DNA of 64,000 bases from Strigamia acuminata (lineage: Eukaryota). The number at the start of each line of letters is the position of its first letter. The first letter of the stretch is position 1. A program made the translations under genes and the position numbers. Below the pieces are notes generated by a model, which saw only the letters and a list, made by a program, of their open reading frames with translations, was not told the origin of the DNA and did no database searches. The stretch is from the NCBI GenBank assembly GCA_949358305.1, contig OX442314.1:32116001-32180000 (forward strand), read 5' to 3'. Of the stretch, positions 36,701-47,085 are shown in pieces.

Positions 36701-39158
36701 TTTTGTCTAATTTTTGTTGCACAATTATTTCCTCCCTTGTCGGGGGATTGCTTTGCATCTGCTTGCCGACATGAGCGTGGAAGGCGCTTAGAAGCGGGTC
36801 ATTTATTCTCCGCTCTAGCTTAAATTCCTTCTTTGCATTTGGGTAATTGTCAGCAGCTGGTTGGTATAACCGCGTCCAGAATCCACAGAATTTTACATCT
36901 GCCGGAGACGCGGTAGGAATTTCATTCATCTTCCTTAAATCCCAACGGTGACAACTCGTAGGGCAATAAATGATGCGGGAGTCATCCTCGCCATCATCGT
37001 CAGCGTCGATTGGATCTGACACTGGTGCCCGTGACAGAGCGTCAGCCACGACGTTATATTTGCCGGGCTTGTATTGAATGGTCAAGTCGCATGCCATCAG
37101 TTCTAACTGCCATCTGGCTAGTCGACCGGCTGGCTCCTTTAATTTCATCAGCCATTGTAACGCTTGATGATCTGTGTGGACCACAAATTTGGTATATTCG
37201 AGATAATCTCTGAATTTCCTTATGGCCCACACAACTGCCAAACACTCCAACTCGGTGGCATTGTAATTCTTTTCAGCGCCTTGGAGTTTGCGACTTATAA
37301 ACATGCACGGCAGGTCTTGTTCGACTCCGTCGCGCACGTGTGTTTGGAGCAACGCCGCTCCTAACCCAACTCTGCTGGCGTCCGTGTGTAATATGAACGG
37401 CCGGTTTAAGTCGGGTAGAGGCATTACGCCGACTTCCGTCAGCATCCTCTTTATTGCATTAAATGCGATGTTGCACTCATTTGACCATACAAATTCGTTT
37501 TCATTCTTCAGGAGGTCGGTAACTGGGGCTGCCACTTCAGCTAGACCCGGTAGCAACCTGCCGAAGAAGTTTATCATTCCCATAAACCGTTGGACACCTT
37601 TAACGTCCTCGGGTGGTGGGAAACGATTAATCGCATCGATTTTTTCGGGGCCAATAGCTAAACCATTGACTCCAATGCGATAACCCAGGAAGGCAAGCTC
37701 CTTTCGACAGAACTTGCTTTTGCCCGGATGCACGTGTAACCCAGCTTTTGCCAGCCGGGTGAGCACTTGGTCGATGTGCTCAATGTGCTCTTCGAATGTT
37801 TTAGAGGCAATAACTATGTCATCTAGGTATGCCCACACAAACTGATGCAGGATATCACCCAATACGCTTTCGATTAGTCTCTGAAAGGTACTGGGAGCAT
37901 TCACTAAACCAAATGGCATGACGTTGAACATCAACCGTCCAATTGGCGAGTAAAATGCTGTTTTTAACTTATCCTCTGGCCTCATCTCAACTTGCCAGTA
38001 TCCCTTCGACAGATCCATCGTCGTAACCCAAGAAAAGGGGCTAAGCTCTCTCAAAATGGATTCGATAGACGGCATCTGTATGGGATCTATTTCTGTCACC
38101 GCGTTTAATGGGCGGTAATCAATGCATAGGCGTGGGTCCGAGCCCGGGCGCATCACGAGCACAACTCGCGTCGCGTATTCTCCCTGGGCCTCGGAGACAA
38201 TGCCACTGTCTAGCATTTCTTGGCACATTTTTTGCACTATTTCACGTTTTTGCGGGTTCATTCCCTTATACGCAACTCGTATAGGTTTATTATCCGTCAA
38301 TTTAATTTCGTGAATAGCCCTATTCGTTCGGCCCGGTTTTTTCGACAGGATCCCCTCATATTTAAGTAGGACCCTTCGTAGGGCTGCCGCTTCGTTTAAT
38401 TCTAAAGCGGCGTCGGCGACAAGCGTTTCCACTACATTGTCCCGTTGCAATTCTGTTACGAATGCTTTAAAATCGTAATCTTGAACGAATTTCTTTAGGC
38501 CTTTCTCCCACTGTGTCTTGTCGGCCGCTTCTTTTACAAGAGCTGGTGGCACGACAATTGCGGGTCTTTCCTTATCATTTCTGATATAATTCCAAGATTT
38601 CGTTATTGGATTGGGTTGTATTTCCATTGACGCCATGAGGTCTAAGCCCAACAGAAAAATTCTGTCGCATGTGGGCAGGACCAGGAAAGGGTGCTGTTCT
38701 ACTCCTCCGAGCCACTCCATGGTCAATAATATAACTCCTTTTGGACGCGCCATTCCGTTGGCGGTTTTTAGACGTATATTTTTATTAACGCCTTTTATCT
38801 TATCGGTGAGACCCAATGATGCTACTATGTCTTCGGAAACGAACGAGCGATCTGCTCCCGAGTCTAGTAGTCCCATAATTTTTTCACGTTCTATTGTCAT
38901 GGGCAACATACATAGGCGGTTGGTGTATTCGACCGCCACGTTGCACATGAAAACACGAAATTCTTCTGTGTCTTCGACTACTTGAGGTAATTCTTCAAGC
39001 AGTAGGTTCGGTTCTTCCGCCTCAGCCTCAGCGTTTGCGGTAATTACCTGCAAAGCGTTGTTGGCCCTGTCTTGAATTTGGGCGTTAGCTATGTCACTAC
39101 CCATTTCTTTGACTGGTGGCGGCTTATCGAACCCTTTGTTAAACCCCTTTTTCTTCAT
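33723..39158 (-). CDS. pol: Element B Pol (PR-RT-RNase H-IN) with a ~450-aa C-terminal extension of unknown function; probably translated by -1 frameshift from gag
   Basis: LLDSGA, YLDD, LHTDAS, HHCC, SDNG, PVER and GPY motifs. The frame stays open upstream to the slippery sites at 39209-39227. Confidence 0.95.
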   Translation of the reverse strand: MKKKGFNKGFDKPPPVKEMGSDIANAQIQDRANNALQVITANAEAEAEEPNLLLEELPQVVEDTEEFRVFMCNVAVEYTNRLCMLPMTIEREKIMGLLDSGADRSFVSEDIVASLGLTDKIKGVNKNIRLKTANGMARPKGVILLTMEWLGGVEQHPFLVLPTCDRIFLLGLDLMASMEIQPNPITKSWNYIRNDKERPAIVVPPALVKEAADKTQWEKGLKKFVQDYDFKAFVTELQRDNVVETLVADAALELNEAAALRRVLLKYEGILSKKPGRTNRAIHEIKLTDNKPIRVAYKGMNPQKREIVQKMCQEMLDSGIVSEAQGEYATRVVLVMRPGSDPRLCIDYRPLNAVTEIDPIQMPSIESILRELSPFSWVTTMDLSKGYWQVEMRPEDKLKTAFYSPIGRLMFNVMPFGLVNAPSTFQRLIESVLGDILHQFVWAYLDDIVIASKTFEEHIEHIDQVLTRLAKAGLHVHPGKSKFCRKELAFLGYRIGVNGLAIGPEKIDAINRFPPPEDVKGVQRFMGMINFFGRLLPGLAEVAAPVTDLLKNENEFVWSNECNIAFNAIKRMLTEVGVMPLPDLNRPFILHTDASRVGLGAALLQTHVRDGVEQDLPCMFISRKLQGAEKNYNATELECLAVVWAIRKFRDYLEYTKFVVHTDHQALQWLMKLKEPAGRLARWQLELMACDLTIQYKPGKYNVVADALSRAPVSDPIDADDDGEDDSRIIYCPTSCHRWDLRKMNEIPTASPADVKFCGFWTRLYQPAADNYPNAKKEFKLERRINDPLLSAFHAHVGKQMQSNPPTREEIIVQQKLDKKCQDRARFVLTGKYPPNLTRRQKRRYAHESIDYLLDDGLLVKHHPNHQDDLSESDTAVKVVIPASLIGRVLWLLHGHPLASHAGVSRTLYRATQLFHWTGMKKDIALFVHQCQRCQACKPRRKSPFETIFLGPYAPFDCLSVDVMGPKPVTGNKNAYIIVIMDVATRWPELYAVARPSAEKIVECIYDVALRYGFPRKIISDNGPQFISKIWGKFCEKFRIVASHTSTYNPRTNPVERLNRDIKYALSIFTDIHNRWDEYLREIAFSIRTTVSRTRDFSPAYLNFARELRVPWDPRVAESVNVVDPEKPHEYVYKLEQTISNTYKHMMAHIFNMRDRILQDKSGGKFVNFEINDLVWKDAHTLSNAARGITASLADKRDGPYVIIGKHGGNAYKLRKLEDNTEQKSIQVRELTPYIPEFPQEMWAKGQVKSKTDGQIVDMFAGESEQAPPSDNEEYFDAPSPPVNEIVESVPDPILVGGETGETPETNTKNTDKKENNNEEVQTQKTTKNIVPASIRNLRPPSLLNSSDPPNLHTDRSVPLPVGQSIMQECRANLTDIYRPSRPRPGSSALFFERRDEEARLAREAANPTISELSAFRFVMEDPRVSAPALRGVDQAQRYFIEWATAMMSKLSRAFTADSERSNPVNRRSLQLSLTKVMMQLLTPALFGEGRQAMAAWSVVDREGVQVPRALLAEWSSILPDPVLTRYELTRDVVNPEFEGYKLRSTAFRYTSATWTAAPTQQLRAMTIQTEESAEDVEMMISPTSGVPIPPPMPAEISPQGPALFEVAGRPKRLLCRTPPVKSVERTKPTPPVTPPAQAATTTQAVIPAATQKPQPAPPPPDYYGRIIEEFPHLSMTTATRRFILAQRDKGKSVFIWLHNQIRKTKDLIFHQRLLRAHRAPVTPAEANAIRHTNTGFSAYIPSVWLHERTRAPHEPVDGHALCFITEHEDPRDRSSALVGDLPAPPGTQPPVPGVSYAQVTDSVSGPSGKK

Positions 39159-39163
39159 GAATG

Positions 39164-39227
39164 GCGCAGACGGTCGAGAAATTATTTCTTCGCCGCCTGC
39201 GCTGACTCGTTTTTTGACTCGTTTTTT
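39164..39227 (-). promoter_or_regulatory. -1 ribosomal frameshift signal of element B
   Basis: A_AAA_AAC occurs twice, then a 6-nt spacer and the stem GCGCAGGCGG...CCGTCTGCGC. Pol is in the -1 frame. Confidence 0.8.
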
Positions 39228-42200
39228 GCCATGGCGAGTTTAATCTCTGCCATCTGCTTCATTATCGCGTCAAACTTAGCGTCTTCTTTCGCTGTTCTTG
39301 GGCACTCATTGGAGTAGTGGCCCGGTTGGTTACACTTGAAACAGCGAATATTTGATTTGTCTCTTGGGGCTTCAGTCGATTTTTTCTTTTCAGGGTCTGC
39401 TTTCGACGGTGGCGTGTAATTTTTCCGAAAATACTTCGGAATTCGACCGGCATTTGGTTTTAACCTGGCGCGAAATTCTTCTACCGCTCTATCTCGATGG
39501 ATGAGATGTACTAGCGGTCCTTCCTCATCGCAACCCGTTGATAAGGTATCGCGATAGCTTCGTATTTCTTCGTCCGTCGAATAATCGTCTTTTTCTTCTT
39601 TTTTGTCTGATTTTCCGGCATCTTGTCCGGCTTCCTCCCCCTCCTTGACCTCCTCCAGTGTCGCTTGCATGGCTGACGCTGTCGGTGCCTTTTTAGGGGC
39701 GGCCAAAGGGTTGGAAGGCAGCGTGGATGTCAGTTTATTTTTTATTTGTAAACCAACGCTAGCTTCTGCCAGCTCCATTATACCGCTAAGATATTCAGTA
39801 GGGCGCATAATTTTATCTGTCGCCCCATATCTTTCCGCACTCAACTTGAGACGTTTAGCGGTTGCTGCTTTCTCCGCTTCTGGTAAAGCGGAATAATATC
39901 TTTTCTCGATATCTATCGTGTTCTCAAACAGGAAGGCGCTCATCTCCTCGTAGCTGCCTCCTGTCGGTGCCCTTTCTTCAAGTAGCACCCTTTGCGAGTA
40001 TTCCGACAAACCGCCGAGAAAGAAAAGGTTGAATCCCGTGGCGTGAAATTCCATCGGGGCCTTTTCGAACAACAATCTGGCGCGAATGTCGTAATCCATT
40101 ATGGTTTCACCAGGCATCTGGCGAAGACCTCGCATCTTTCGGCTCACCTCTTCGGGTGTCTCGCCGTAGCGCAGGTCGAATCTCATTAAAAAGTCGTCCC
40201 AATTGACGCCTTTCAATCCTTGGTACCACTCACGTGCCGAGCCTGTCATTAGCTCGACAATACCGTGGGTGAGCATGTCTCCTACGGTGGCTTTAGTGGC
40301 AGTCTTAATTCGAATTACTTCGTCAAGGAAGCGATCTCCCGCTTTCCATGACCCGTCGAAACGGTTCTGAATATAAAATTGCCACCTAATATTCCCGGTA
40401 ACACTCATGGTGTCACGTCGGGAGACAGCGTATTTTTTCTTTACGCGGTCACCAGTGCTACGATTACGATCGTTTCGTTTGCTCAGATCAATTCCCTCGG
40501 CTTTTAACGAGCCGAGTAGGGCTCTTCCAAGCTCTCCCATCGTATACTGCCGACCCGTCGAATCGGTAAACGCGCTTTGTCGGGGAAGGTCCTGAAACTC
40601 CTCCCGTCGGTGGTCGCTATTTTCCGATCGACGTCGTTTCTCTCTATCGCGCGGAGAGTTGGATCTCTTCCGGCGATTACTTGATTTTTCCTTTCGTCTG
40701 TCGTCGTTGGATGAGGGGTCGGAGCTGGGGTCGGGAGACGGTGAGCGGCGTGGCGGGTTGCGCCGTGAAGAGTTTGACTCTTTCCGGCCCCTACGACGGT
40801 CGTCACGTTCCCTTTCTCTGCGTTCATCGCGTTCTCTTTCCCTTCGTCTTTCTCCGGAACCTCTCTCCGAATCGTGATGACTGGGTGCATTTGACTCCAG
40901 TCCATCTGACGACGAATCACTATTTCCGTAGTGAAAATATTTCGGTCTTTCATCGCGTTTGCCTTCTTCTCGCGAAGAGGTGCGATCATGCGATTGTCTC
41001 CTTGACGACTCGTCGTCTTTAAGGATGGGCACTGGTTGTTGCCACTCAGTCCCTTGTGGATTATCATGCTGTTGGCTTGTGAGAGCTTGCTCTTCATTTC
41101 GCCTAGCATTATTAGCGTTGATTAATCGCGTTATCGCATTATTTGTGGCTGAATCGAGAGCTTGCATGCGGGGCCGAGTTTGTTGTTCTCTGGCCGACGC
41201 ATCTCTCTTGCGCGGAGTAGCTGGTGTTGCTCTCTCCGGCTGGGGTTTGGGTTTGGCCTTCGGCGTGCGCTTTGGGTCTCCCTCTAGGCTCTCGTCGGAC
41301 AGCTCGGATGAACTGACCTCTGGTTTGCGGACGGATTTCGGGTCATCTCGTCGCAATCTGGCCATAAATGCTCGCTCTGCTTCTTGTTGCGAGTGGAAAG
41401 CATATCGATGTGCTCTCAGGGCTCGGTCAACTATTTCTACCTCCTCGGGAGTAGTCGGATTGGGCTGGGTTCTGCCGTACTCGAGAGCTTGCGCTTCTCT
41501 TTCCGCCAGCTTCCTCCGTCTCTCGCGAATGGCTTGACGAGCCTCGTTCTCTGCATCCGCTTCAAATTGAGCGGAATCAACCAATTGTTGAGCGTGTGCA
41601 CCTTCAACAATGGTGATTTGTGGGGATACACTGTGCGCTTTTAAAGCTGCACGTACGATCTGTAACGTTTCGTACACGGTAATTTTCCCCGTCGGAAGGG
41701 TGTATCTCACTCCTTCCGCCTGTGCCAATTGCATCGCATCAATCAAGGTGCCCGAGACGCTGTAAGGCTGGCTCGAAACACGCTTGACAGAGGATGAGTT
41801 GGACTTGTGTCCTTCGGACCTGACCGAAGCTGGGCGGCTTTGCGTAATTGGCGTGTTTAGTGCCGAATTAGCGGTCGTATTTGAGGCCGTCTTTTGTATC
41901 GGAGACGCTGCTTTCGGACTGCCCACCTCGGTGTCGTGCGTTAGACGAGGCGATTGGTTACGGGATAAAACCTCGTTTCCGCTCGTCTCGCCGTCACGGT
42001 TAGAACGCGGCAGTTTGGAGTGAGATTGCTCTTCACCCCGCTCTGTCTCGTCCAATCGCTGCCTCGTCTCGGTGCGAGACGGGTGCGATGCCTCGGATGC
42101 GCTTCTACGATCGGGTTTAGGCTTACGCCGTTTTTGCCTCGCTTCGTGCGCTGAGGCTTTGGGTAAGGGACCTCCAGATCGCAAGTGATAGTCGGCGCCT

Positions 42201-42265
42201 TTACGACTGCCGGCTCTCTTGTTTGCGTCGGAGTCGGAATCTGTTACTCGGGTATTATCTGCCAT
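39182..42265 (-). CDS. gag: Element B Gag (about 1027 aa from ATG 42265)
   Basis: Long low-complexity N-terminus, capsid-like FDGS...AREWY...WDDF...F...Y...Q..GET, and CCHC knuckle CFKCNQPGHYSNEC. Confidence 0.93.
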   Translation of the reverse strand: MADNTRVTDSDSDANKRAGSRKGADYHLRSGGPLPKASAHEARQKRRKPKPDRRSASEASHPSRTETRQRLDETERGEEQSHSKLPRSNRDGETSGNEVLSRNQSPRLTHDTEVGSPKAASPIQKTASNTTANSALNTPITQSRPASVRSEGHKSNSSSVKRVSSQPYSVSGTLIDAMQLAQAEGVRYTLPTGKITVYETLQIVRAALKAHSVSPQITIVEGAHAQQLVDSAQFEADAENEARQAIRERRRKLAEREAQALEYGRTQPNPTTPEEVEIVDRALRAHRYAFHSQQEAERAFMARLRRDDPKSVRKPEVSSSELSDESLEGDPKRTPKAKPKPQPERATPATPRKRDASAREQQTRPRMQALDSATNNAITRLINANNARRNEEQALTSQQHDNPQGTEWQQPVPILKDDESSRRQSHDRTSSREEGKRDERPKYFHYGNSDSSSDGLESNAPSHHDSERGSGERRRERERDERRERERDDRRRGRKESNSSRRNPPRRSPSPDPSSDPSSNDDRRKEKSSNRRKRSNSPRDREKRRRSENSDHRREEFQDLPRQSAFTDSTGRQYTMGELGRALLGSLKAEGIDLSKRNDRNRSTGDRVKKKYAVSRRDTMSVTGNIRWQFYIQNRFDGSWKAGDRFLDEVIRIKTATKATVGDMLTHGIVELMTGSAREWYQGLKGVNWDDFLMRFDLRYGETPEEVSRKMRGLRQMPGETIMDYDIRARLLFEKAPMEFHATGFNLFFLGGLSEYSQRVLLEERAPTGGSYEEMSAFLFENTIDIEKRYYSALPEAEKAATAKRLKLSAERYGATDKIMRPTEYLSGIMELAEASVGLQIKNKLTSTLPSNPLAAPKKAPTASAMQATLEEVKEGEEAGQDAGKSDKKEEKDDYSTDEEIRSYRDTLSTGCDEEGPLVHLIHRDRAVEEFRARLKPNAGRIPKYFRKNYTPPSKADPEKKKSTEAPRDKSNIRCFKCNQPGHYSNECPRTAKEDAKFDAIMKQMAEIKLAMAKNESKNESAQAAKK

Positions 42266-42317
42266 TTCTTGCTTTGGGTATGATGTAATCACAGGTTAGA
42301 ATCAGTTATTCGACTTG

Positions 42318-42335
42318 ATCCCGGACAGGCCCCCA
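42318..42335 (-). promoter_or_regulatory. Primer-binding site, tRNA-Pro-like (element B)
   Basis: TGGGGGCCTGTCCGGGAT next to the 5' LTR. Confidence 0.75.
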
Positions 42336-42337
42336 CG

Positions 42338-43356
42338 TGTCGCGCTCAACTCTAACCGTCGCTAACTCGTGGGTTGATTACTTAATTCGACTAACTCACT
42401 ACCGCTTTGCTCAAGCGGTTTACCCAAAGAAATGATTACACAGATATAAAAGGTAAAATATAATATAGATTTATTCTGTGGGACAATGTACAGATATATC
42501 TTATATATATATATATATAAAAGGTAGGTAAAAGGTAAATCGGAATGGGTGAAGGGAAATGGAAAGGTAAAGGTATGATGAAAGCTGGCTGGAATCGGCG
42601 AGGTCGTCTGTTGTCTCGGTCGTGTCCAAGATGGCGTCCTCGTTGTGGCAACGTGGTGTCGTCTTGGGCCGGCGTGGCAATATGGCGTCCTCGGCTCGTC
42701 TCTGGCTGGTCCTTCGGGCTCACGCTGGTCGGGCGCGAGTGAATGCTTAGTTAAAAGGCTTACTTCGGGCTGTTGTCTAGGTTTTTGTGTGGTGTCCGGC
42801 GATCACACAGCGGCGGACTCTTCTGGCTCCCGGCGGTCACACAGCGGCGGGAACGCTCGTCGTGGTTTTACTGCAGTTTAGGCTTGTGCGACCGTTTGTC
42901 TGCACAACTCGCTAAACTGGAGTGGTTTTTACTATTTCTAGCTGGTGTGCTAAAATAGTGTGGTAATCTTATCTCGCAGGTTACTCTGCGGAGTTTGACA
43001 CTGACCAAACGTACTCACGGTAAATTGTCCTTTGTCCTTGGTCAATCCCAGTATATTTACTTGGGCCTGATCTTGTAGGACGACGGGTTTACGTGTGTTT
43101 CTCGTTTGATGGTTGTGTTGGTTCTGCCCGCTCAGTGCAAGGCACATTCCTTTGCACAAAGCGGGGTTGACAGGTGACCAGAATCACCCAATGGTGGGGT
43201 GGACGAGCCATCCCCACTCCCTCAGGGCAGACGCCTGTCCATTGACTAGATGTCAATGCACTGAGGGAAGGGAGACGCGCTTGCGGCTCCCCTTACACCC
43301 GAAACGAGGTCACGAGAGAAACTCTTCGTTGACCCCGGTCCAGTCGGGTCACAACA
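42338..43356 (-). repeat. Element B 5' LTR
   Basis: TG...CA termini, adjacent to the PBS. Confidence 0.95.
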
Positions 43357-43360
43357 CGTA

Positions 43361-43685
43361 TTATTAGATATTCGAGCTGCGGACCAAATACGTCTCCGTA
43401 GCGTTATTTGTGACGATGCCGCAAAGTCAGCCGTACCCTTCGTGCATCGCCCGGATCCTCAACCAGTGTAGCCGCCGCTTACACGTATCCAGAACCCCGA
43501 ACCATTTGTATTCGTAGAAACAAGCAAGTAAAACCGTAAGTTTGTATCATTTCGTTGTTTTATTCATTTAGCGCACATTTCGTAGCTTATCTCGGTTAGG
43601 TTGTTGTTAGTCTTAACAACGTCTTGTTCCGACCGATTTATCTCTTAAAATGGCTAATAAATCAGCCAAAAGTAGAATCGTCACA
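43361..43685 (+). repeat. Element D 5' LTR, second part
   Basis: Matches 63445-63769. Confidence 0.95.
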
Positions 43686-43687
43686 AG

Positions 43688-43705
43688 TGGAGGTTCTACC
43701 GAGAT
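43688..43705 (+). promoter_or_regulatory. Primer-binding site, tRNA-Gln-like (element D)
   Basis: TGGAGGTTCTACCGAGAT differs at one position from TGGAGGTTCCACCGAGAT. Confidence 0.85.
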
Positions 43706-46550
43706 AAGGCTGCAAAAATTCAAGTGAATTTTGAGTTGTGTGTGTTTATGAGAATTTGGAAATGTGCTTACGGTGTTAAAATTTCAAATGAAATTTTTTA
43801 CGGTAAAATTAATGTTTGTTTTACAGTTCTCCTCGTGAAACTTTTCTAGGAATTTCATTAGGACCGTCACAAGCGGTTCTACCGACGATAGACTACAATT
43901 TCTTATTCGAATGAATTTGGAAATCGTGCTCGTGAAAAGTGGAGTTTGGATAATTTAGTCTTACGACAAAATTTCTTGTAAAATAAGTTTCGAACGAAAT
44001 TTATATCTTTACTAAATGTATTGAATGTTGTTTTGTGATTAAAATCACAAGAACAACGATTGTATTCACTTTAATTTGTTTTTCTAAAGAAAAAATTATA
44101 TATTTGTGTAAAATGATAATTTTACCGCGTGGTCAGGCCTAAAAACCTACCACGAAAGTTTGAAAATCTTGCCCGAACTTGTCGCTGTTACGTCCGCCCG
44201 GGTAACGTCGTTTCGCCGTCGTCGATCCGAGAAACCACGTGGTTGGGCTTAATACATAAAGTTCGAACATTTCTCGAAGGAAATTCAAAAATGAATTCCA
44301 GTATTCGCCGGTTGTTTTGATTAAAACAACCAAGTTTTAATTCTGTTTGAGATTTCAAATAAAGAATGTTTTTATATTTCAAGGCCTAATTTTATTTGAT
44401 TAAATAAAACGAAGGAAAAGTTGATTCAATGGAATAAAAGATATTTTATTTCGATAAATTGTTCTACATACCTGATTTACATTCTAATTTACAAATGTGT
44501 TAATCACCTTTTGGTTTTAAGTCTTTAAAACCAATTTCGCGAATAGAATCCCATTCGAACTTAGCAAAGACTTTTGCTGCTACGATTGCCTAGCAACGGT
44601 GTTTTACGGGAAAGCTACCCAAATTGAACGATTTAACGTGCTTTCACAAATTGTTGCTAAACGATTTAAAAATGTCGAGAATCCAGTTTATTCGAAGTAA
44701 TAAATCTCATGATAAGTGTAATTCACTTGCATTGTGTTTTTCTGCAGGAAAATCAAACATTTGCGTAAAGAACGAAAAGTATAATTCACTTTTATCCAGA
44801 TTTTCCACCGGAAAATTGAACGTCAAGTAAAATGATTATTTTACCACGTGGCGAGGCCTAAAAATCTCACCACGGAATGTTTGAATTCTAATCCGAACTT
44901 ATCGTTGTTTTGTCCGTTCACGGAACGTCTAATCGTCACCGTTACGATCATACGCGCGGATAGGCTTAAACGAGAAAGTTTAATTTCCCAAAAAAGAATT
45001 CGAGTTCGAATTTAAAGTAAGTTTCGTACGAAGTTTATTTATCCAATTTTGTTCTTGTGATTGAAATCCTAAAGAACGATGAGTGTATTCACTTATAAAT
45101 GTATTTTTCGGTAGAAAATTCGAACGATGGCATAAAATAATTATTTTACCATGTGGTAAGGCCTAAAAATCCTATCACGGGAATTGGAGAATCCAATCCG
45201 AATTCGACGTTGTTTTGTCCGTCTGGACAACGATAATTTGCCGTCGTAGTTACAATAAAACACGCGGTCAGGCTTAAATGAAGATTCAACCCCGAAGGAA
45301 TTCGAATTCTAATTCCAGTTTTATCGGTTGTTTTCACATAAAATAACCTAAACCACAAAATTCCGTTTGGGATTTCACATTAAGTTAAAAAACTTATTAA
45401 TATTTTAACCTAAATTTATTTTGAAAAATAAAAACAAGGCAAGTTGGTAAAGTTGAAAGAATAGGTTTATTCGTGTTAAAAGTTTATTTACAAAATGGAC
45501 GCATACCTGATTACCTTTACATTTGTATTGGTACGATCAATCCGTGATTTTAAAATGTTGAAGTCCAATTTTAAACGAATGGAAAATCGTTCGAATGTCG
45601 ATTCCGACGAAGCCATCTCGCAGCTGTGTTGCCTAGCAACAGAAGCGCGGGGTTTTACCGGGAAGCCGCCAAGTTTCCAGGCGTGCTTTCCTAAATTGTT
45701 GCCTAACAATTCAATCGACGTGAATTTGGTTTATTTATATAAATAAATCTGGATTTAACCTAAGAAAGTAAATAAATATGTTTTTAATAAAACTTTATTT
45801 ATTTCGGTTTATTAAAATAAATCGAATGATACGATTAAATGGAAAAAGTTTCAGTTGAAATTTATCCAGTATTTAATCATGCTTACATTTATTCTTGTAA
45901 TTAACATAACAAGGAAGAACGATGCATTCGTTTTAAGTCTAATTTTCTAAAGAAAAATAGTAAAATTTGCGAATTACAAAAATCAAACAATTTTGGTGGA
46001 AAAGGAATAAGACTTTATTCTTCATTCTCGAAATAAAGGATGGAATTTCCAGAATATTTACAAAGTAAATAAGGAATTTTTCCATTACAACTTTTTTCAT
46101 TTGAAAAAATGGATTTCACGGTGAAATATTAAATTTACCACGTGGTAAAGTTTAAAATTTTACCACCGGGGGATGAAGATTAGGCTAACGTTGATTCAAT
46201 CATGTCTGCCCACAGTACGTGGATTCAATCGAACACAAAGAAAAACGACTTGGCAACCTTCGAAAGAATTCGATTACACGTCAAAAAACGATCGGTTAGG
46301 TATAAATACCTAATCTATCTAATTCTTGTTTGAAAGTTTGAATAAACTAGAAAGCATGTAAATATTTATGCCTAATAATGTCAGAATATTTAACTAATGT
46401 TCGAGTCCATTTTTTCAGAAGATTCTAAAGAATATTCTGAAGAAACGGAGGGGGAGGAGATACAAGAAACCTTGTATAGAGACAAATACATTTAAAAAAT
46501 GTGTATTCCTTCACCTTTTCACGGAATTGCGTTCGAAATTCCTCGGAATA

Positions 46551-46556
<6 letters not shown>

Positions 46557-46607
<51 letters not shown>
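46557..46607 (+). repeat. 51-nt poly(A) tract inside element D
   Basis: Read directly; AATAAA at 46547-46552. Confidence 0.95.
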
Positions 46608-46609
<2 letters not shown>

Positions 46610-47085
46610 ACTAGATTTTGTAAAAATCAAGTTAGTAAGTTTTAGTTAAAACTGAAATTTATTATTTGATAAATTCAAATAAAGAACGGAATTCAGCAAA
46701 GCCGTCGATTCAATCGATTCAACGTACTTGTGAAATTGTGGTTTTTAATACTTTAAAAATCCCGTAAAGGTTACCATTTTTATTAATAAAATTGGTGATG
46801 TTTTAAAATACTTGGAAAAGTATCCATTTTATTTGGTGACTACGTCATAACCCTGAAATCTGACAAGATTTAGGTTCCACGAAAATAGTGATTTCCACCA
46901 ATCTCAGATGAGATTAGAGTCTCGCGAGACTGACGTTTGACAATCAACCAATCAGAGAGGTGTATCGAAGTACCCATACTTCCATTCGAAATAGTGTAAC
47001 CACTGCTTCGTTTGCAACCTTCCTGAACGTTACGACTTCATCGTTATCTCTCAGACTTCGGAAATTTTATTTTTCAATTTTAGTT

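Larger units (their letters stand above)
32668..43356 (-). mobile_element. Element B: full-length Ty3/Gypsy LTR retrotransposon inserted in the 5' LTR of D
   Basis: 1019-bp LTRs at 32668-33686 and 42338-43356, TSD CGTA, PBS at 42318-42335, PPT GGAGGGGGAAG at 33687-33697, intact gag and pol. Confidence 0.97.
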
